Shown piece by piece: positions 21,603 to 33,100 of a stretch of DNA of 64,000 nt; the stretch's first letter is position 1, and the number at the start of each line of letters is the position of its first letter. The notes under the pieces are model-generated. The model searched no databases. It saw only the letters and a list, made by a program, of their open reading frames with translations, and had not been told where the DNA came from. Source of the DNA: Thermoanaerobaculaceae bacterium (GTDB lineage Bacteria; Acidobacteriota; Thermoanaerobaculia; Multivoradales; UBA5704). Location: the NCBI GenBank assembly GCA_963785165.1, contig CAWAUI010000007.1:1304725-1368724 (forward strand). Reading direction: 5' to 3'. Position numbers and translations under genes: made by a program.

Positions 21603-22175
21603 ATGAAGACTCTGGCCCCCGTGGTGGACTCCCTGATCGACCAACTCCGTGACGCGGTGCGCCTGCGCGACGTCGCCGCCATCACCTCGCGCATCAAGGA
21701 GGATCTGGAGTCCTTCATTCCCGCCGAGGGGCTGATGCTGCCCGAACGGTTTCGCCAGCCGAAGCCGAATTCCTACGCCCGGCGCCTCCTCTACAAGGAT
21801 GAAGACCTGGGTTTCACGGCCCTGATCATGACCTGGGGGCCAGGCCAGAAGACGGCGCTCCACGACCACGCGGGCATCTGGTGCGTGGAGGGCGTGGTCG
21901 AGGGGAAGATGGAAGTGACCCGCTACGAGCTGATGGAGGAGCTGGCGGACGGCCGATGTAGGTTCGAGCAGCGCGGCGCTCCCGTGCCCGCCATGGCCGG
22001 CTCGGCCGGAGCGCTCATTCCCCCCTTCGAGCACCACGTCCTCGCCAACGCTGCCGACCGCCCCTCTCTGACCCTCCACGTCTACGGCGGGGAGATGACC
22101 CACTGCAACATCTTCGAGCCCCTGGGGGACGGCCTCTACAAGCCGTCCGAGCGGGCGCTCTCGTACGACGACTAG
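21603..22175 (+). CDS. Cysteine dioxygenase type I-like cupin protein
   Basis: ATG at 21603 inside ORF 20823..22175. Cupin metal motif region [22 protein letters not shown] ... PPFEHHVL. Intact. Confidence 0.55.
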   Translation: MKTLAPVVDSLIDQLRDAVRLRDVAAITSRIKEDLESFIPAEGLMLPERFRQPKPNSYARRLLYKDEDLGFTALIMTWGPGQKTALHDHAGIWCVEGVVEGKMEVTRYELMEELADGRCRFEQRGAPVPAMAGSAGALIPPFEHHVLANAADRPSLTLHVYGGEMTHCNIFEPLGDGLYKPSERALSYDD

Positions 22176-22242
22176 GCGGGCGGCGGCGGCCCGAGCACGA
22201 GATTGCAAAAGCGGCCCCATGGGGCCGCCCCTCGGGAACCGC

Positions 22243-22410
22243 TCAGTCTTGATCGAACAGCGCCCGCAGGGGGTTTTCTCCCCGGCGGCGCAATACGCGC
22301 ATCCTCATGCGGCTCTGCCGGCTCCAGCGCACCAGTTGGGCCCCCCACTGCTGCTCCATGGCCCAGCCCGCAACCGCTCCGATCAGCAACGTACCGACAA
22401 AAATGACCAT
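22243..22410 (-). CDS. Possible small membrane protein (55 aa)
   Basis: ATG at 22410 after GAGG. MVIFVGTLLIGAVAGWAMEQQWG (one TM) followed by a basic tail. No homology recognised. Confidence 0.3.
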   Translation of the reverse strand: MVIFVGTLLIGAVAGWAMEQQWGAQLVRWSRQSRMRMRVLRRRGENPLRALFDQD

Positions 22411-22648
22411 GCGTCCTACCTCGTAAAAAAGAAAATCGCCTGGGCGGACATCCCCAGGGGTGCAGTGCAAGTCCTACCGATACCCCTTTGGCTATTTTGT
22501 AGAACAAAGTCTAAGCTCCACCCGGCTTCCCGTCAACCACCCGCCCCTCTTTGAACGGAAACGGACCGCGCTCCGCTTCCCACCCCGGAGACGGCACGGC
22601 GATTGCGTGCCCTCTTCGCGCTCGAAGTCTCTTCAGGAAGGTTGTGAC

Positions 22649-24350
22649 ATGACGACAGATGCCATTCCGCTCTCGACGACTCTCCGGCGCACGCTGCGCC
22701 GTACGTTCGGCTTCCGCAAGCTCCGCGAGGGGCAGGAGGAGGTCATCCGCTCGGTTCTGGCCGGCAAGGACACCCTCGCCATCATGCCCACGGGAGCGGG
22801 CAAATCGCTCTGCTACCAGCTGCCGGGCGCGGAGCTGCCAGGCACCACGGTCGTCGTCTCCCCCCTGATCTCTCTGATGAAGGACCAGGTGGACAAGCTG
22901 CGCGAGCTGGGGATCGAAGCCGTCCAGGTCAACAGCACACTCACCGCCGCCGAGCAGAGCGAAGCGCTGGAGCAAATCGCCAAGGAACAGCGGGAGCTCG
23001 TCTTCGTGACCCCCGAGCGGGTCACCCAGCCGGAGCTGCCTGGCAACGCTCAAGACCAACAAGATCGACGTCTTCGTGATCGACGAGGCGCACTGCATTT
23101 CCCACTGGGGGCACGACTTCCGCCCCTCCTACCTGCACCTGCGCGCGGCCGTCGAGGCGCTGGGCAATCCCCCCATCCTGGCTCTCACCGCCACGGCCAC
23201 GCCCGAGGTGGTGGACGACATCCGGCGGCAGCTCGGCCGGGAGGAGATGACAGTGTTCGACATCGGCGTCTACCGCGAGAACCTCCGTTTCGAGGTCATC
23301 CCGTCCCCTCGGGAGGACTCCAAGCAGGCCCACCTCGTCCGGCTCCTGGGGGAGACGGAGGGTTCGGGCATCGTCTACGTCTCCACCATCAAGGACTGCG
23401 AGGCCGTCACCGACTACCTGGAGGGCCTGGGCTTCGGCGTGGGGCGCTACCACGGCCGGCTCGGCGGCCGCGAGCGCAAGAAGACCCAGGAGCGCTTCAT
23501 GTCCGGCGACCTGCGGGTGATCGTGGCCACCAACGCCTTCGGCATGGGGATCGACAAGCCGGACATCCGCTTCGTCATCCATTACAACCTGCCGGGGTCT
23601 CTCGAGTCCTACTACCAGGAGGCGGGCCGCGCCGGGCGCGACGGCGAGCCGGCCCGCTGCGTCCTCTTCTACCAGGCGGAGGACCGGAACACCCAGATCT
23701 TCTTCCTCAACGGGCGCTATCCGAAACAGGAGCACTTCACCGCCGTCTACAAGGCCCTGGAGAAGCTCGGGGCCGAGCGCCGGGAGGTCTCGATCGCCGA
23801 CGTCCACAAGCGCGCTTCGGCCGTGGCCCCGGCCAAGGCCAAGGTGGTGCTCGCCATGATGAAGGATCTGGAGATGGCGGCCGAGCCCCAGCCCGGCGAG
23901 TACCGTCTGCTGCGGGCCGACCTGACCGCGGAGGAGCTGGGCGAGATGGCCGGCCGCTACGAGAAGCGGGCCGAGGGTGACCGCGACCGGCTGCGCCGCA
24001 TGGTTCTCTACGCCCAGACCGCCCTGTGCCGCTGGAAGGCCATCCTCGACTACTTCGGCGAGCCGGCCGGCAGCGACTTCACGGGCGACCACTGCGGGCA
24101 CTGCGACAACTGCTCGCACCCCATCCGCGAGCTCGCCGCGCCGCCGCCGGCCGAGATCCCGCTCCGGCCGCCGCACGGCGCCACCGAGGTGCTCCCCCTC
24201 CCCCCGATCTTCGGCGACCGCGATCCGGCCACCCTCCAGGCCGGCGATGAGGTGACCCTGCCGATCTTCGGTGCCGGCAAGGTCGTGTCCAACGGCCGTA
24301 CCCTCGTCGTCGAGCTCTCCGGCGGGGAGGTGCGGGAGTTCCGCAGGTAG
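22649..24350 (+). pseudogene. recQ: RecQ-family ATP-dependent DNA helicase; single 1-nt insertion near 23039-23040
   Basis: ATG at 22649. Walker A MPTGAGKSLCYQLP. DEAH box VIDEAHCISHWGHDFRP lies in the frame of ORF 23076..24350. Removing one C from CTGCCTGGC restores ...PELLATLKTNKIDVFVIDEAH. Confidence 0.85.
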
Positions 24351-24429
24351 GGGGGCTGGTCGACTCCGCTACAATACGTCCTCTTTGCCGCCCCCCGTCC
24401 AGGGGAGCGCGGCGCGCGAGGGTTTCCTG

Positions 24430-27400
24430 ATGAGCGAGAAGCGATTTCCCGACGTCCCGGGCGGATACCCGTTCCCCCGGCTCGAGCAGGAGGTGCTGGC
24501 GGAGTGGCAGAGCCGGAGCGTCTTCGAGAAGACCCTGGAGAAGCCATCCCCAAAAGGGGAGTTCGTGTTCTTCGAGGGCCCGCCCACGGCCAACAACGTG
24601 CCCCACGTGGGGCACGTGGTCACCCGGGTGGTCAAAGATCTGTTCCCCCGCTTCCGCACCATGCGCGGCTATCACGTGGCCCGCAAGGCGGGGTGGGACA
24701 CTCATGGCCTGGCCGTCGAGATCGAGGTGGAGAAGCGCCTCGGGTTCTCCGGCAAGCAGCAGATCGAGGCCTACGGCATCGCCGAGTTCAACAAGGCCTG
24801 TCTGGAGAGCGTCCATGTCTACGAGCGCCAGTGGCGCGCCATGACCGAGCGCATCGGCTACTGGACGGACCTGGACCACGCCTATCTCACCTATACCAAC
24901 GAATACGTCGAGTCGGTCTGGTGGGCGCTCTCGGGAGCTCGCCGCGCGCGGCCTTCTCAACGAGGGCTACAAGATCCAGCCCTACTGCGCCCGCTGCGGC
25001 ACCACCCTTTCCAGCCACGAGGTGGCCCAGAACTACAAGGACGCGGACGATCCGTCCATCTGGACCCTGTTCCACGCCCGGCCGGGACAGTCGATCCGCA
25101 CGACGACGGAGGGAGAGTCCTGGGAGATCCCCCAGAGCCTCTATCTGGTCGCCTGGACCACGACGCCCTGGACGACCCTCGCCAACGTCGGGCTCGCCGT
25201 GCACCCCGATCTTCTCTATAAGGTCGTCGAGCACCCCGCCAAGCCGGGCGACCTCATCCTCCTGGGCGAGGATCTCGGCACCCCCGTTCCCGTGGTGATC
25301 GAGGAGGAAGGGAAGCGCCGGCAGATCGACTTGCGCGAAGCCCCCGCCCTGGCCCGGTTCCGTGGCCGGGACCTTGAAGGCGTGGTCTACGACCGGCTCT
25401 TCACCTTCTTCGAGCCGGACGTGCCGGGGAAGGTGGTCCTGGGCGACTACGTGACGGCGGCGGACGGCACCGGCCTCGTCCACACGGCCCCGCCCTTCGG
25501 CGAGGACGACTACCAGACCGGCACCCGCTACGGCCTGCCCATGATCCTCTCCGTGGATGGCGAGGGGAAGATCGTTCCCGGCGCCGGGGCCTTCGCGGGG
25601 CTGTGGTTCAAGGACGCGGACCCCAAGATCATCCAGGACTTGAAGAGCCGGGGCCTGATGCTCCACAACGACCGCTACCACCACAGCTATCCCTTCTGCT
25701 GGCGGTGCGACCGGCCGCTCCTCTATTACGCCACCACGAGCTGGTTCATCCGCACCACGGAGAAGAAGGCCGGGCTGGTGGCGAAGGACAAGGAGATCGA
25801 CTGGCACCCGCCGCACATCGGCGAAGGGCGGTTCGGCAACTGGCTGGAGAACCTGGTGGACTGGGCGCTGTCGCGCCGCCGGTACTGGGGCACGCCGCTC
25901 CCCATCTGGCGCTGCAACGAGTGCAACCACCAGCAGGTGATCGGCTCGTACGAAGAGCTGTTCGCCGCCTCGGGCCGGGAGAAGCCGGAGAACGTCTACG
26001 ACCCCGAGCAGTTCAACCCGCACCGCCCCTACGTGGACGAGATCGCCTGGCCTTGCCCGGAATGTGGTGACCGCGGGAAGGGGACGATGAGGCGGGTCGA
26101 GGAGGTCATCGACGCCTGGTTCGACTCGGGCGCCATGCCGTTCGCCCAGCACCACTACCCGTTCGAGAACCGGGAGCTGATCGACGGCCGCATCCAGTAC
26201 CCCGCCGACCTCATCTCCGAGGCGGTGGACCAGACGCGCGGCTGGTTCTACACCCTTCATGCCCTCGGTGTGCTGCTCTTCGATTCAGTCGCCTACAAGA
26301 CCTGCATCGTGCTCGGCCATGTCAACGACGAGCAGGGGCGGAAGATGTCGAAGCGCCTGGGCAACGTGGTGGAGCCCATGGCGGTGATCGCGGAGACCGG
26401 CGCCGACGCCCTGCGCTGGTATTTCTGCATCAACAACCCAGAGGTCCCGTCGCGCTTCTCGGCCCGGCTGGTGCGCGAGGCGGCCCAGGGGTTCCTGCTG
26501 CCGCTGTGGAACGCCCTGTCGTTCTTCACGATCTATTCGAATCTGGACGGCTGGCGGCCCGGCCCGGCGGAGCAGGCGCCGTTTGACGGCAGGCCCGCGT
26601 TGGACCGCTGGGTCCTCCTCCGCCTGGGCCGTCTGGTGAGCGACACCACGGCCAAGCTGGACGGCTATGACCTGAACGCCGCGGCGCGGGGCGTCGAGGA
26701 GTTCCTGGACGACCTGACGAACTGGTACATCCGCCGGAGCCGCAACCGCTTCTGGGCACCCAATGGTGAGGGGAAGCTCGGACAAGACGAGCGCCTACGA
26801 GGCCCTCTACGAGGTGCTCACCACGCTCGCCCGGCTGGTGGCCCCGTTCACCCCCTTCGTGGCCGAGATCCTCCACCGCCAGCTCGTGCGCAGCCAACGG
26901 GCGGATGCTCCCGAAAGCGTGCACCTGGAAGACTGGCCGGAACCGGTCGAGGGGCGGTCCGACGAGGCCCTGGAGAAGGGGATGGCCGCCGTGCAGCGCA
27001 TCGTCCGCCTTGGCCATGCGGCCCGGAACGTGCACTCGCTCAAAACCCGGCAGCCGCTCCCGGCGGTCACCTTGGTGACGGCGGACGAGGCGCTCCCCCG
27101 GCTGGTCGAGCCGTACCTCGACATCCTGCGCGACGAGTTGAACGTCAAGGAGGTGCGCTGGGCCGCGGACCGCACGGTTTACGTGCACCACGAGATCAAG
27201 CCCATCTTCCCCAAGACCGGCCCCCGGTTTGGCAAGAAGATGCCGGAGGTCAAGAAGGCGCTCGACTCAGGGGACGGCGACGCCTTGGCCGCGGAGCTCG
27301 AGCGGGCGGGGAAGATCACCCTTCAGATCTCGGACGGCCCCGCCGAGCTGTCGGCCGAGGAGGTCGAGGTCCGGCTCGTGGAGCGCGAAGGCACGGCCAC

Positions 27401-27686
27401 CCAGGGGGACCGCGAGCTGCTGGTGGCCCTGGAGACGGCGTTGACGCCGGAGCTGGAAGCCGAGGGCCTGGCCCGCGAATTCGTCCACTGGGTGCAGCAG
27501 GCGCGGAAGAAAGAGGATCTGGACTACGCGGACTGCATTCGGGTGACCGTCGAGGCCAGCCCGGAGATGAAGGCCGCCGTCGACGCCCATCTCGACTGGA
27601 TCCGGGGCGAGACCCTGGCCGTCGCGATCGAGGTCACGGAAGGGTCCGCGGGCGAGCCGGTGGTGCGGATCGAGAAGGCTCACTAA
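24430..27686 (+). pseudogene. ileS: Isoleucine--tRNA ligase; two +1 frame changes (near 24930 and 26765)
   Basis: ATG at 24430. HIGH motif PTANNVPHVGHVV; KMSKS motif GRKMSKRLGN. Pieces lie in ORFs 24271.., 25022..28441 (real up to about 26765) and 26763..27686. Confidence 0.9.
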
Positions 27687-27707
27687 GAGAAAGAATTGAG
27701 GGAGAGA

Positions 27708-29063
27708 ATGGCGGGAATCTTCAAAGCCTACGACATCCGGGGCCTCGTCCCCGGTCAGCTCAACGAGGAGATCGCGCGCAAGATCGGCGCCTCCTTTCAG
27801 TTCGTCCTGGACGAGGAAGACCGGGCGCTCGGCAACGCCGTGGTGGTGAGCCGCGACATGCGCTCCCACAGCCCGGGTCTGGAGCGGGCGGTCATCGACG
27901 GCCTCACCGCGTCGGGTCTGGACGTGGTCGAGATCGGCCTCTCGACCACGCCCATGAATTACTTCGCCATCAGCCACTTGAAGACGGCCGGCGGCGTGCA
28001 GGTCACGGCCAGCCACAACCCGGCCGAGTACAACGGGCTCAAGTTCAGCCGCCACGGCGCCCGGCCCGTCTCGGGAGACCACGGCATCGCCCTCATGGAG
28101 GAGAAGGTCAACACCGGCGACCTCCCCGAGGCGGCGGCGCCGGGCACGGTGACCCAGGCGAACGTCTTCGAGGAGTACTCGAAGCACGTCCTCTCCTTCC
28201 TGCGGGGAGCCGAGGGGAAGCGCCTCAAGGTGGTGGCCGACGCCGCCAACGGCATGGGGACGATCGACCGGCCCATCCTGGAGGCCATGAACATCGAGCT
28301 GATCCCCCTCTACTTCGAGCTCGACGGCACCTTCCCCAACCACGAGGCCAATCCCCTCAAGGAAGAGAACCTCCACGACCTCATGCGGGCCGTGCGCGAG
28401 CACAAGGCCGACCTGGGCGTCTCCTTCGACGGCGACTCTGACCGCGCGGCCTTCATCGACGAGCGGGGCCAATCCATCGGCAGCGACCTCATGACGGGGC
28501 TGATCGCGGGCGAGCTGTTGAAGCGCGAGCCCGGCAAGGCGGTGGTCTACGATCTCCGTTCCTCGCGGGCCGTGGCCGAGTACATCGAGGAGAACGGCGG
28601 CGTCCCCGTGCGCGAGCGGGTGGGGCATTCCTTCATCAAGGCCACGCTCCGGAACCGCAACGGCATCTTCGGCGGCGAGCTGGCCGGCCACTACTACTGG
28701 CGCGACCACTCCTACGCCGACTGCCCGCTGCTCTCCCTGGTGGAGGTGCTGAACCTTCTCCGGTCGAGCGGCAAGCCGCTCTCCGAGCTCGTGGCCCCCC
28801 TCAGGCGCTACTCCAAGAGCCCGGAGATCAATTTCGAGGTGGAAGACAAGCAGGGGAAGATGAATGAGCTGGCCCAGCGCTTCTCCGACGCCCAGATCGA
28901 CCACCTGGACGGCATCACCTTCAGCTACCCCACCTGGTGGGCGAACGTCCGCCCCTCCAACACCGAGCCGTTCCTGAGGCTGGTGCTGGAGGCCAAGACG
29001 CCGGAGGAAATGGAGAGCCGGAAGAAGGAGCTGATCGGGATTCTGGGAGAGCCGGCGGAGTAG
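27708..29063 (+). CDS. Phosphomannomutase/phosphoglucomutase (alpha-D-phosphohexomutase)
   Basis: ATG at 27708 after GAGGGAGAG. Active-site TASHNPAEYNGLKF. Mg site FDGDSDRAAF. Intact. Confidence 0.85.
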   Translation: MAGIFKAYDIRGLVPGQLNEEIARKIGASFQFVLDEEDRALGNAVVVSRDMRSHSPGLERAVIDGLTASGLDVVEIGLSTTPMNYFAISHLKTAGGVQVTASHNPAEYNGLKFSRHGARPVSGDHGIALMEEKVNTGDLPEAAAPGTVTQANVFEEYSKHVLSFLRGAEGKRLKVVADAANGMGTIDRPILEAMNIELIPLYFELDGTFPNHEANPLKEENLHDLMRAVREHKADLGVSFDGDSDRAAFIDERGQSIGSDLMTGLIAGELLKREPGKAVVYDLRSSRAVAEYIEENGGVPVRERVGHSFIKATLRNRNGIFGGELAGHYYWRDHSYADCPLLSLVEVLNLLRSSGKPLSELVAPLRRYSKSPEINFEVEDKQGKMNELAQRFSDAQIDHLDGITFSYPTWWANVRPSNTEPFLRLVLEAKTPEEMESRKKELIGILGEPAE

Positions 29064-29117
29064 GCCCTCACCTCCCCGGCCCTCCTCTCCCGCCCCCTCC
29101 AGGGCCGGGGTGAGGGC
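29064..29117. repeat. REP-like GC-rich hairpin (GCCCTCACCTCCCCGGCCC ... GGGCCGGGGTGAGGGC)
   Basis: Starts 1 nt after the phosphohexomutase stop. Same family as 8323-8365 and 55437-55565. Confidence 0.7.
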
Positions 29118-29227
29118 TTTCGGGCGGCGGGTCCTCGAAGTGGGCCGCCTGCTAAGATCCCTGCCGTGAGAGTGAGAGGAGCACAACCGTGGTAACACGC
29201 AATCCCTTTCCTGGCGGCCCCGGCCGC

Positions 29228-30028
29228 ATGGGCATGAGCAGCTTCGGCCTCGGGGGTCCGGCTCCCCGGGACCTGCTGATCCTCATCGGCGTCCTGTTCG
29301 TCACGTTCGCCCTGCGGTTTTTCGAGACGACGGCGATCATTCCCGCCCTGCTGGACCTGACGCCCGCGGTCTGGCAGCGGGGATGGGTGTGGCAGTTGGT
29401 CACCTATCCCTTCATGGGGTACGGGAGCCCGGGGATCTGGTTCCTGCTGGAGCTGCTCTTCCTCTACATGTTCGGGCGGGACGTGTACTACGGGCTCTAC
29501 CGGCGGCACTTCTGGCGGCTGATCCTGTTCATCTCAGCCGCTTCGGCCCTGCTGGCGGTGGGCGTTCACGCTCTCCTCACGCTGACGGGGGCGATGCAGA
29601 CGCCGGCGCCGTTCACCATCATGCAGGGCCAGCGGGTGCTGATGGCGATCTTCGTGGCGGCCTTCGCCACGGCGCACAAGGACGCGACGATCTATCTCTT
29701 TTTCGTCCTGCCCATCCGTGCCCGCTGGTTCCTGGGCCTGGAGATCGTCTTCGCCTTCATGGCCTTCCTGGTCACCCGCGACCTCCCGGGCTTCCTGGGC
29801 ATCTGCGCGGCCACGGGCCTCACGTATCTCTACGTCCGCTCCAGCGGCTCGTTCAAGGGCGGCAGGCGGACCCTGCGGGAAATCCGGCTGCGGCTGGAGC
29901 GCTGGTGGATCCAGAAGAAGCTGGAACGGGCACGGCGCAAGCGGGGTTTCAAGATCATTCCGGGCGAAGGCGGGCGGGGCGGAAGCGGCGGTGGGCCGAA
30001 CGTGCGGAAGGGGCCTTGGGTGAATTGA
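29228..30028 (+). CDS. Rhomboid-like polytopic membrane protein, apparently lacking the GxSG catalytic serine motif
   Basis: ORF 29189..30028, ATG at 29228/29234. WQRGWVWQLVTYPFMGYG...LLELLFLYMFGRDVY resembles rhomboid L1/TM2. I found no GxSG. Basic C-terminal tail. Confidence 0.4.
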   Translation: MGMSSFGLGGPAPRDLLILIGVLFVTFALRFFETTAIIPALLDLTPAVWQRGWVWQLVTYPFMGYGSPGIWFLLELLFLYMFGRDVYYGLYRRHFWRLILFISAASALLAVGVHALLTLTGAMQTPAPFTIMQGQRVLMAIFVAAFATAHKDATIYLFFVLPIRARWFLGLEIVFAFMAFLVTRDLPGFLGICAATGLTYLYVRSSGSFKGGRRTLREIRLRLERWWIQKKLERARRKRGFKIIPGEGGRGGSGGGPNVRKGPWVN

Positions 30029-30189
30029 TAGCGGGATAGCGGTGCATTTATAAGCTTTCCCTTTCCGGCCCCGCGTGTTATAAAAACTTCGCAAGCTGAA
30101 AAGTTGTTCCCTGGGCTGCTCGCGGCCAGCCCTGCCTGGGCTCGCCTGTGCCCGGGGTCCGCGAGGAGTCCGTCCAGAAAGGGGCGAAC

Positions 30190-33100
30190 ATGTCCTTCGG
30201 GAACGCGACTTCCTCTCCCCGCCGCCTCGTCGTCTCCTTGTGCTTCGCGCTGCTGGCCCTTCCAGCCGGCGCTCAGGTGCCCTGGTGCGCGGAGGATCCT
30301 CTCAATCCCGGCGCCCAGCCGTACCCGGCGCCGAAGTGGAGCGATCTCGGCACGGCAGTTCCTGACTATCACGAGGTGACGGAAAATTTCCGGATCGCGC
30401 AGAGCCTGCGGCTGCTGGCCACGGTCCTGGAGAAGAGCCTGGAGCAGTTGCGGAGCGGCAAGAGCCTGGCCGGCACGTCCGACATCGATGGTGCCTGCCT
30501 GTGCAACTGCAACGTCCAGGACGTCTCCTACTGGGCCAATTTCCTCGAGACGACGGTCAGGACCGAAACGGAGCAGGCGCTTCAGAAGACGCAGGACCGT
30601 TATCTGAGCGACATCCAGGCCAAGATCGACAAGGGAAAGAAGGTGCTGGAGGACACGGTCCCCGCGTTCAAGATGGACGTGGAAGGGATCATCAAGAACA
30701 CTTGCGAGACGCTGGTCACCTGCGATCCCACGGATCCCAATGCGGTCCTCGAGGATCTCTACGAGGAGGGGGCGGAAACCGTACAGGGAGAGCTCGACGA
30801 GATTCTCGGCCCGGAGATCAGCGCGGCCAAACTGAAGCAGCTCAAGATGGAGACCGAGGATCTGCTCAAGGAAGTGAAAGACCTCCTGGCGCGGGTCTCC
30901 GGTCCCGGCGCAGGACAGGTGCTCTCGCTTCAGCAGGAACGGGAGCGGATCAAACAGGTGATCGAAAAGGCCCGCAAGCTTTTCGACGATCTGGAGGCGA
31001 GCACGAGGGCTCTGGCGGACCTGGTCAAGAACAGTGACCCGATAGCCTGGAAGAAGCAGGTCGAGAAGGCCTTGACCGATCGGCTCGGCCAGATCGTCGA
31101 GCAGGACGGCCAGGTCTTTGAAGCCATGAAGGTTCAGATCCGCACGAAAATCGACGAGCGCATCCAGGCGATCCGGACGGCGGCCGAGGACATCTACGAA
31201 ACCGCGACGGACGGCCAGAAGGCGTTCGATCAGTTCAAGATGGAGCTCGCGAATGGGCTCCTCGACAGCCTGACCTCGGTCGAGGGGTGCTATGGGATAA
31301 CGAAGCGCAAGGACTGCAGCGTCGATGCCTTCTGCAGCAGTAACTCGCAGCCGGGCATGCTCTTCGGCAACGAGAACCTGGAGCTTCCTCTCTGGATCCC
31401 CACCGGGGTGTTCAAGGACGGCAAGACGGCGCTGCGCTACGCGCTCGAATCGATCGACTGGCTGGAGAAGGTGCGGGATTACCTCAACAGCGCCGAGGCA
31501 CCCGCCGCGGTCGGCGGTGGCAGGCTGGTGTCCCTGCTGAAAGACGGCGACGAGCTGATCATGAAGCTCAACCACTATGTCGATCTCTTCACCGAGGGGT
31601 ATCACCTGGGGGCTTACGCGGACATCCGGCCGGACCTCCACATGTGCGTCGGTTGGGCCGGCCACGGGGCTCTGGCCGAAGTCTTCAGCACGGCGAACGG
31701 TAATTTCCGGGGCGGCGCGAGCTATCTGTCCGCGAACCTGGTGGAGAAACACCGGGCGCAGTTCCGCGCCGGCGGCTTCGCCCTCTTCATCAACGGCCGT
31801 ACCCTGCCGCTCGCTCCCGGACTGTCGGTCAATCTGCAGATGGACGGGTTCCGGCTGTGGGATAGGAATCATCCTTTCGGCATCCAGGAGGTTGACGACA
31901 ACGGCCTCTTCTCGGTGGACACCTCCAAGGTGGAGGAATACGACGTCTTCAACCTGGTGGAGGAGAAAGACCTGCGTCGTTTCTGCTGCGCCGACCTGTC
32001 TACAGATTGTCCAGAGACATCCTGCATGCTCGGCATCGAGGATTTCCTTCATGATCAGTTTTTCCCCGTGAGGTACGGCTCGAGCCGGGAGTGGCCGCGG
32101 CCGGGCGTCGAGGCGGAGAAGGACCAGCGCGTCTCGGCGGTGTTCGGCGCGGGCGTGAACCTCGACCTGGAGATGAAGACCCGTTATTGGAGCGCGGCCC
32201 CGATCCCGGTGTTTCCCGGGGCCACGATCATTCCCTGGCTGTCTCTGGACGCCGGCATCAACTGGCTCTATGACGCGAACCACCTCCGCGGCATCCTCCA
32301 GGAAAAGATCAATCAGAACTTACCCGCGGCGAGCCGGCTCAACAACGATGATTTCAAGCGCGACCAGCATGCCTTCCAGGCACCGGACGTGACGGAGGAC
32401 GTGGGCAACGGCGCCCATGTCAATCCCAAGCTCGGAGCCGACCTCGTCCTGGGCATCGACATCGCCCGTTTCCTGAGAGTGGGAGTCACGGCCAACCTCT
32501 TTGTCGGGGTGGACGTGAATGCCGCGGGTTTTGGAGGCGTGCTCGACCTCAGCCGCGCCCTCACCGAAACATTGGCCCAGAGCAATCCCGAGGGAGACGA
32601 CTGTACGCCGAAGATCGAAGAGAACGTCACGCGTACGTGCTCCAATGAGACGTTCAAGAAGAAAGACCCGTGCGCGAACGTCCCCGAAGAGGACCGTGAA
32701 GATTGCATCGACCTCTCGGAAACGGAACCGGAGGGTGTGCTCTATTCAACGGGAACCTATGACTGTACGGAAGAGAACCTCGCCTGCGACGGCGGAAACG
32801 GCTATTGCACGGATGTCAGAGGACAGATCGTCCTCCACGACGTCACCCGGGATCAGTGCGAGGCCGAGCTGCCGGTCTCCCGGTGCGTGGCGGTATACAA
32901 AGACTTCCCTGGTGGCCTGGGTTCCATCAGCAGCCCTGAAGATGTGATCGATCAGTGGCCACCCGTAGGCATTCATAACTCCAAAGGCCATCAAGAGGGC
33001 GAAGTGGCGAAGGCGCAGGCCGCAGCGGGCCGGCTCGCGGCCCCCCAGTCCTGCTCGTCTCTGGGCTGGTGCTACAACTGGGGTTACAAACCTGGCGTCG